Shown here: in pieces, positions 61,620 through 64,000 of the stretch
How positions within the stretch are numbered: the stretch's first letter is position 1
Layout of the letters: each line of letters starts with the position of its first letter
Assembly (NCBI GenBank): GCA_963422205.2
Contig: CAXMWX010000011.1
Location: forward strand, 1-64,000
DNA from: Gammaproteobacteria bacterium
GTDB taxonomy: Bacteria > Pseudomonadota > Gammaproteobacteria > Eutrophobiales > Eutrophobiaceae
Length of the DNA: 64,000 bases
Direction of reading: 5' to 3'
Made by a program: the position numbers and the translations under genes
The notes under the pieces: generated by a model
Told to the model about the DNA's origin: nothing
The model's input: only the letters and a program-made list of their open reading frames with translations
Databases searched by the model: none

Positions 61620-62626
61620 TGAAAACTATTGCATTTTTTAACAATAAAGGCGGCGTTGGGAAGACATCCCTTGTCTATCATCTTGCCTGGATGTTTGGTG
61701 AAATCGGCAAGCGCGTTATTGCTGCGGATTTTGATCCACAGGCCAATCTCAGCGGTATGTTCCTGAGTGATGCGACAATGGCTGAAATGTGGCAAACGGG
61801 GAAAAGGAAAACAGTTGATGCAGCCATAGCGCCCCTATTCGAGGGCACAGGAGATATTTCAAGCGAATCTTACATTGAGGAAGTTGATGAACGTATTGGT
61901 TTGCTGGTAGGAGACCTTGAGCTTTCCAAACGCGAGGATGATTTATCCGAGCAATGGCCGAAGTGTATGGATGGGGCCAAGCGCGCATTTCGCGTCACCA
62001 CCGCTTTCGCGCGACTGCTCGCCAGCGCAGGTAATCAATTCGAGGCAAACCTGGCACTGGTTGACGTTGGCCCGAATCTGGGCGCCATCAACCGGGTCGC
62101 GCTGATAGCCAGCGACTACGTGGTGATACCGCTTGCGCCCGATTTGTTCTCGTTGCAGGGTTTACGCAATGTGGGTCCTGTTTTGAAGAGTTGGGAAGAT
62201 AACTGGAAAGAACGCATCGGGAAAAAACCCGAAGAGTTGGATATCGAACTTCCCGGCGGCGGGATGGTGCCGCTCGGATATATCGTCATGCGCCACACAA
62301 CTATATCGAGCCGACCTGTTAGAGCATATTTAAAGTGGATCAAAAAAATACCGAATGACTACGAACAGTTTGTCAATGGTACGTCTGGAAAAAATAACGT
62401 ATCTATTGAGGATGATCCCAATCTTCTGGCACATCTAAAGGATTACCGCTCGCTTATGCCCATGGTGCAGGCGGCGAACAAACCCATGTTTATGCTGAAA
62501 CCCGCTGATGGGGTAATTGGCGCACAGCAACAAGCTGTCACAAATTGCTATCGGGACTTCAAAGTTCTTGCAGAGAAGATTATCAGCACGATAGAACAAA
62601 AAAGTAATGACTTTACCACTGCTTGA
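61619..62626 (+). CDS. ParA/Soj-like ATPase
   Basis: NNKGGVGKT, DFDPQANL and DVGPNLG. Confidence 0.9.
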   Translation: MKTIAFFNNKGGVGKTSLVYHLAWMFGEIGKRVIAADFDPQANLSGMFLSDATMAEMWQTGKRKTVDAAIAPLFEGTGDISSESYIEEVDERIGLLVGDLELSKREDDLSEQWPKCMDGAKRAFRVTTAFARLLASAGNQFEANLALVDVGPNLGAINRVALIASDYVVIPLAPDLFSLQGLRNVGPVLKSWEDNWKERIGKKPEELDIELPGGGMVPLGYIVMRHTTISSRPVRAYLKWIKKIPNDYEQFVNGTSGKNNVSIEDDPNLLAHLKDYRSLMPMVQAANKPMFMLKPADGVIGAQQQAVTNCYRDFKVLAEKIISTIEQKSNDFTTA

Positions 62627-64000
62627 ACAAATCGCCCAATCCCTCAACTACGGCGAGCTGCTGGAGGTCTGGCGTGTTCCTGATATAGAAAACTTTTCCG
62701 TTGAAAAAACGTTGTATGACTACCAGAGGGATGCGCTAGAAAAAGCCGCCCGTGCGCTTTATCTGTATTACGGTAAAGACAACAATGACTGGCAGGCTGA
62801 TGAGGCCGCCACCGTCAATGAGGATCGCAAGCGGCATTTTTATGGCCTGTATCACCATGCCGATTTTGCCGCCGTGAAAAAATACGAAACCCGGGCCGAC
62901 AAAAATAACGGCAGGCAAAACCCGGTGTTTCGTATTCTGGCCGAGTATATCCGCCCTTTCGGAGAGGAGATTCCCTATTACAATCTCGTCAACCGGATAT
63001 GCTTTTGGATGGCGACTGGCAGCGGCAAAACGCTGGTGATGGTCAAGTTGATTGCCTATTTACATGCCCTCATCAAACACGGCGAAATTCCGCCGCACAA
63101 CATCCTGATTCTTGCGCCGGGCGATCATTTGCTCGGACAGATCAGGCGCACGGTGGCGGAATTTAATCGAACCGGTCTGCATATTGACCTTGTGCCGCTG
63201 CGTGACAGTCACCGCCCCCGGCAGGGACGGCTGGGCGATGCGCTCACGGTTTACTACCATCGCAGCGACAACATTGCCGATGTGCAGAAAGAGGCGCTGA
63301 CCGATTACCGCACCTATGAAAACGAGGGTCGGTGGTATGTGTTGCTGGATGAGGCACACAAGGGCGGCAAGGAGGACTCCAAACGGCAGGCCTATTATGC
63401 CGTTATGGCGAGGGCGGGATTTCTTTTTAATTTTTCCGCCACCTTTACCGACAACGAAGATGTTGTGACGACCGTTAAGAAATACAATCTGGAGGAGTTC
63501 ATAAAAAACGGCCATGGCAAAAATATCTATGTGAACGAGGGCGAATACACGGCTTTTCAAAAAAATCATAAGGCAAACGACGGGGACATAAGCCGTGAGG
63601 AGCGGCGGGAAATTGTCCTGCAATCGCTGATCACGCTGGCCTTTATCTGCGGGCGTGTTGAAGAGATCAGAGCAAAGAGCGGCATTGCCGATTGTTATCA
63701 CACGCCGCTCATGCTCACCCTGGTGAACTCGGTCAACACCGTTGAAAATGACTTGCAGGCGTTTTTTCAGACCTTGCGAGAAATTGCCACCGGCGAAGTG
63801 GATGAAGAGCTTTTCCGGCAGGCGAGAAACAAACTGCACCGGGACTTAAAAAACGGACGATTCATGTTCGGAGAAAACAGCAATAAAAAAAACGGCAATA
63901 AAATAAGTGCAGACGATGCGGCAGCCGTGCAGAACATCACCCTGGCCGATTTACGCAAAGCCGTATTCATCAGTGACAGACAAGGTGCCATCCAGCTTGT
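62607..64000 (+). CDS. res: Type III R-M restriction subunit (Res), partial, runs off the window
   Basis: ATG 62607 MTLPLLEQ. LYDYQ, FWMATGSGKT, LDEAHKG and FSATF. Not in the ORF track because the window holds no stop. Confidence 0.88.
   Translation, partial: MTLPLLEQIAQSLNYGELLEVWRVPDIENFSVEKTLYDYQRDALEKAARALYLYYGKDNNDWQADEAATVNEDRKRHFYGLYHHADFAAVKKYETRADKNNGRQNPVFRILAEYIRPFGEEIPYYNLVNRICFWMATGSGKTLVMVKLIAYLHALIKHGEIPPHNILILAPGDHLLGQIRRTVAEFNRTGLHIDLVPLRDSHRPRQGRLGDALTVYYHRSDNIADVQKEALTDYRTYENEGRWYVLLDEAHKGGKEDSKRQAYYAVMARAGFLFNFSATFTDNEDVVTTVKKYNLEEFIKNGHGKNIYVNEGEYTAFQKNHKANDGDISREERREIVLQSLITLAFICGRVEEIRAKSGIADCYHTPLMLTLVNSVNTVENDLQAFFQTLREIATGEVDEELFRQARNKLHRDLKNGRFMFGENSNKKNGNKISADDAAAVQNITLADLRKAVFISDRQGAIQL

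Noticed and set aside
63060-63839. 259-aa minus-strand ORF
   Set aside because: Shadow of the plus-strand res gene, which carries the helicase motifs.

Overview
Chromosomal segment of a GC-moderate gammaproteobacterium with three zones. (1) 1-5.2 kb is an accessory zone holding a tandem array of three decayed filamentous-phage/satellite-like units. Each unit has a short DUF1640/CCDC90-like membrane coiled-coil gene followed by a 29-nt origin-like hairpin. The first unit carries an inverted pair of XerC/D dif-like sites that can fold into a CTX-type single-stranded attP; the second keeps only one site. HTHP and DUF2726 genes follow. (2) 5.7-14.3 kb is an AT-rich catabolic island (TonB-dependent receptor, Tat arylsulfatase, TRAP transporter) bounded by an IS1016-like remnant. 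(3) 14.4-57.7 kb is mostly core genes: a large Sel1 protein with six MinD-like amphipathic motifs, radA, alr, dnaB with an Ala-start class 3 intein, rplI/rpsR/rpsF, rlmB, rnr, tRNA-Leu, purA, hisZ, hflCKX, hfq, miaA, mutL (apparent C-terminal frameshift), amiB, tsaE, nnr, orn, recR, ybaB, dnaX, SRP RNA, tyrB-ipdC and ndh. It ends with a sigma54 two-component system divergent from a stand-alone pqqA and an uncharacterised MotA/ExbB-type motor trio. A type III R-M operon with Schlafen/AlbA_2 and ParA-like genes between mod and res runs off the right edge. All calls are from manual reading and motif recall; no database searches were run.
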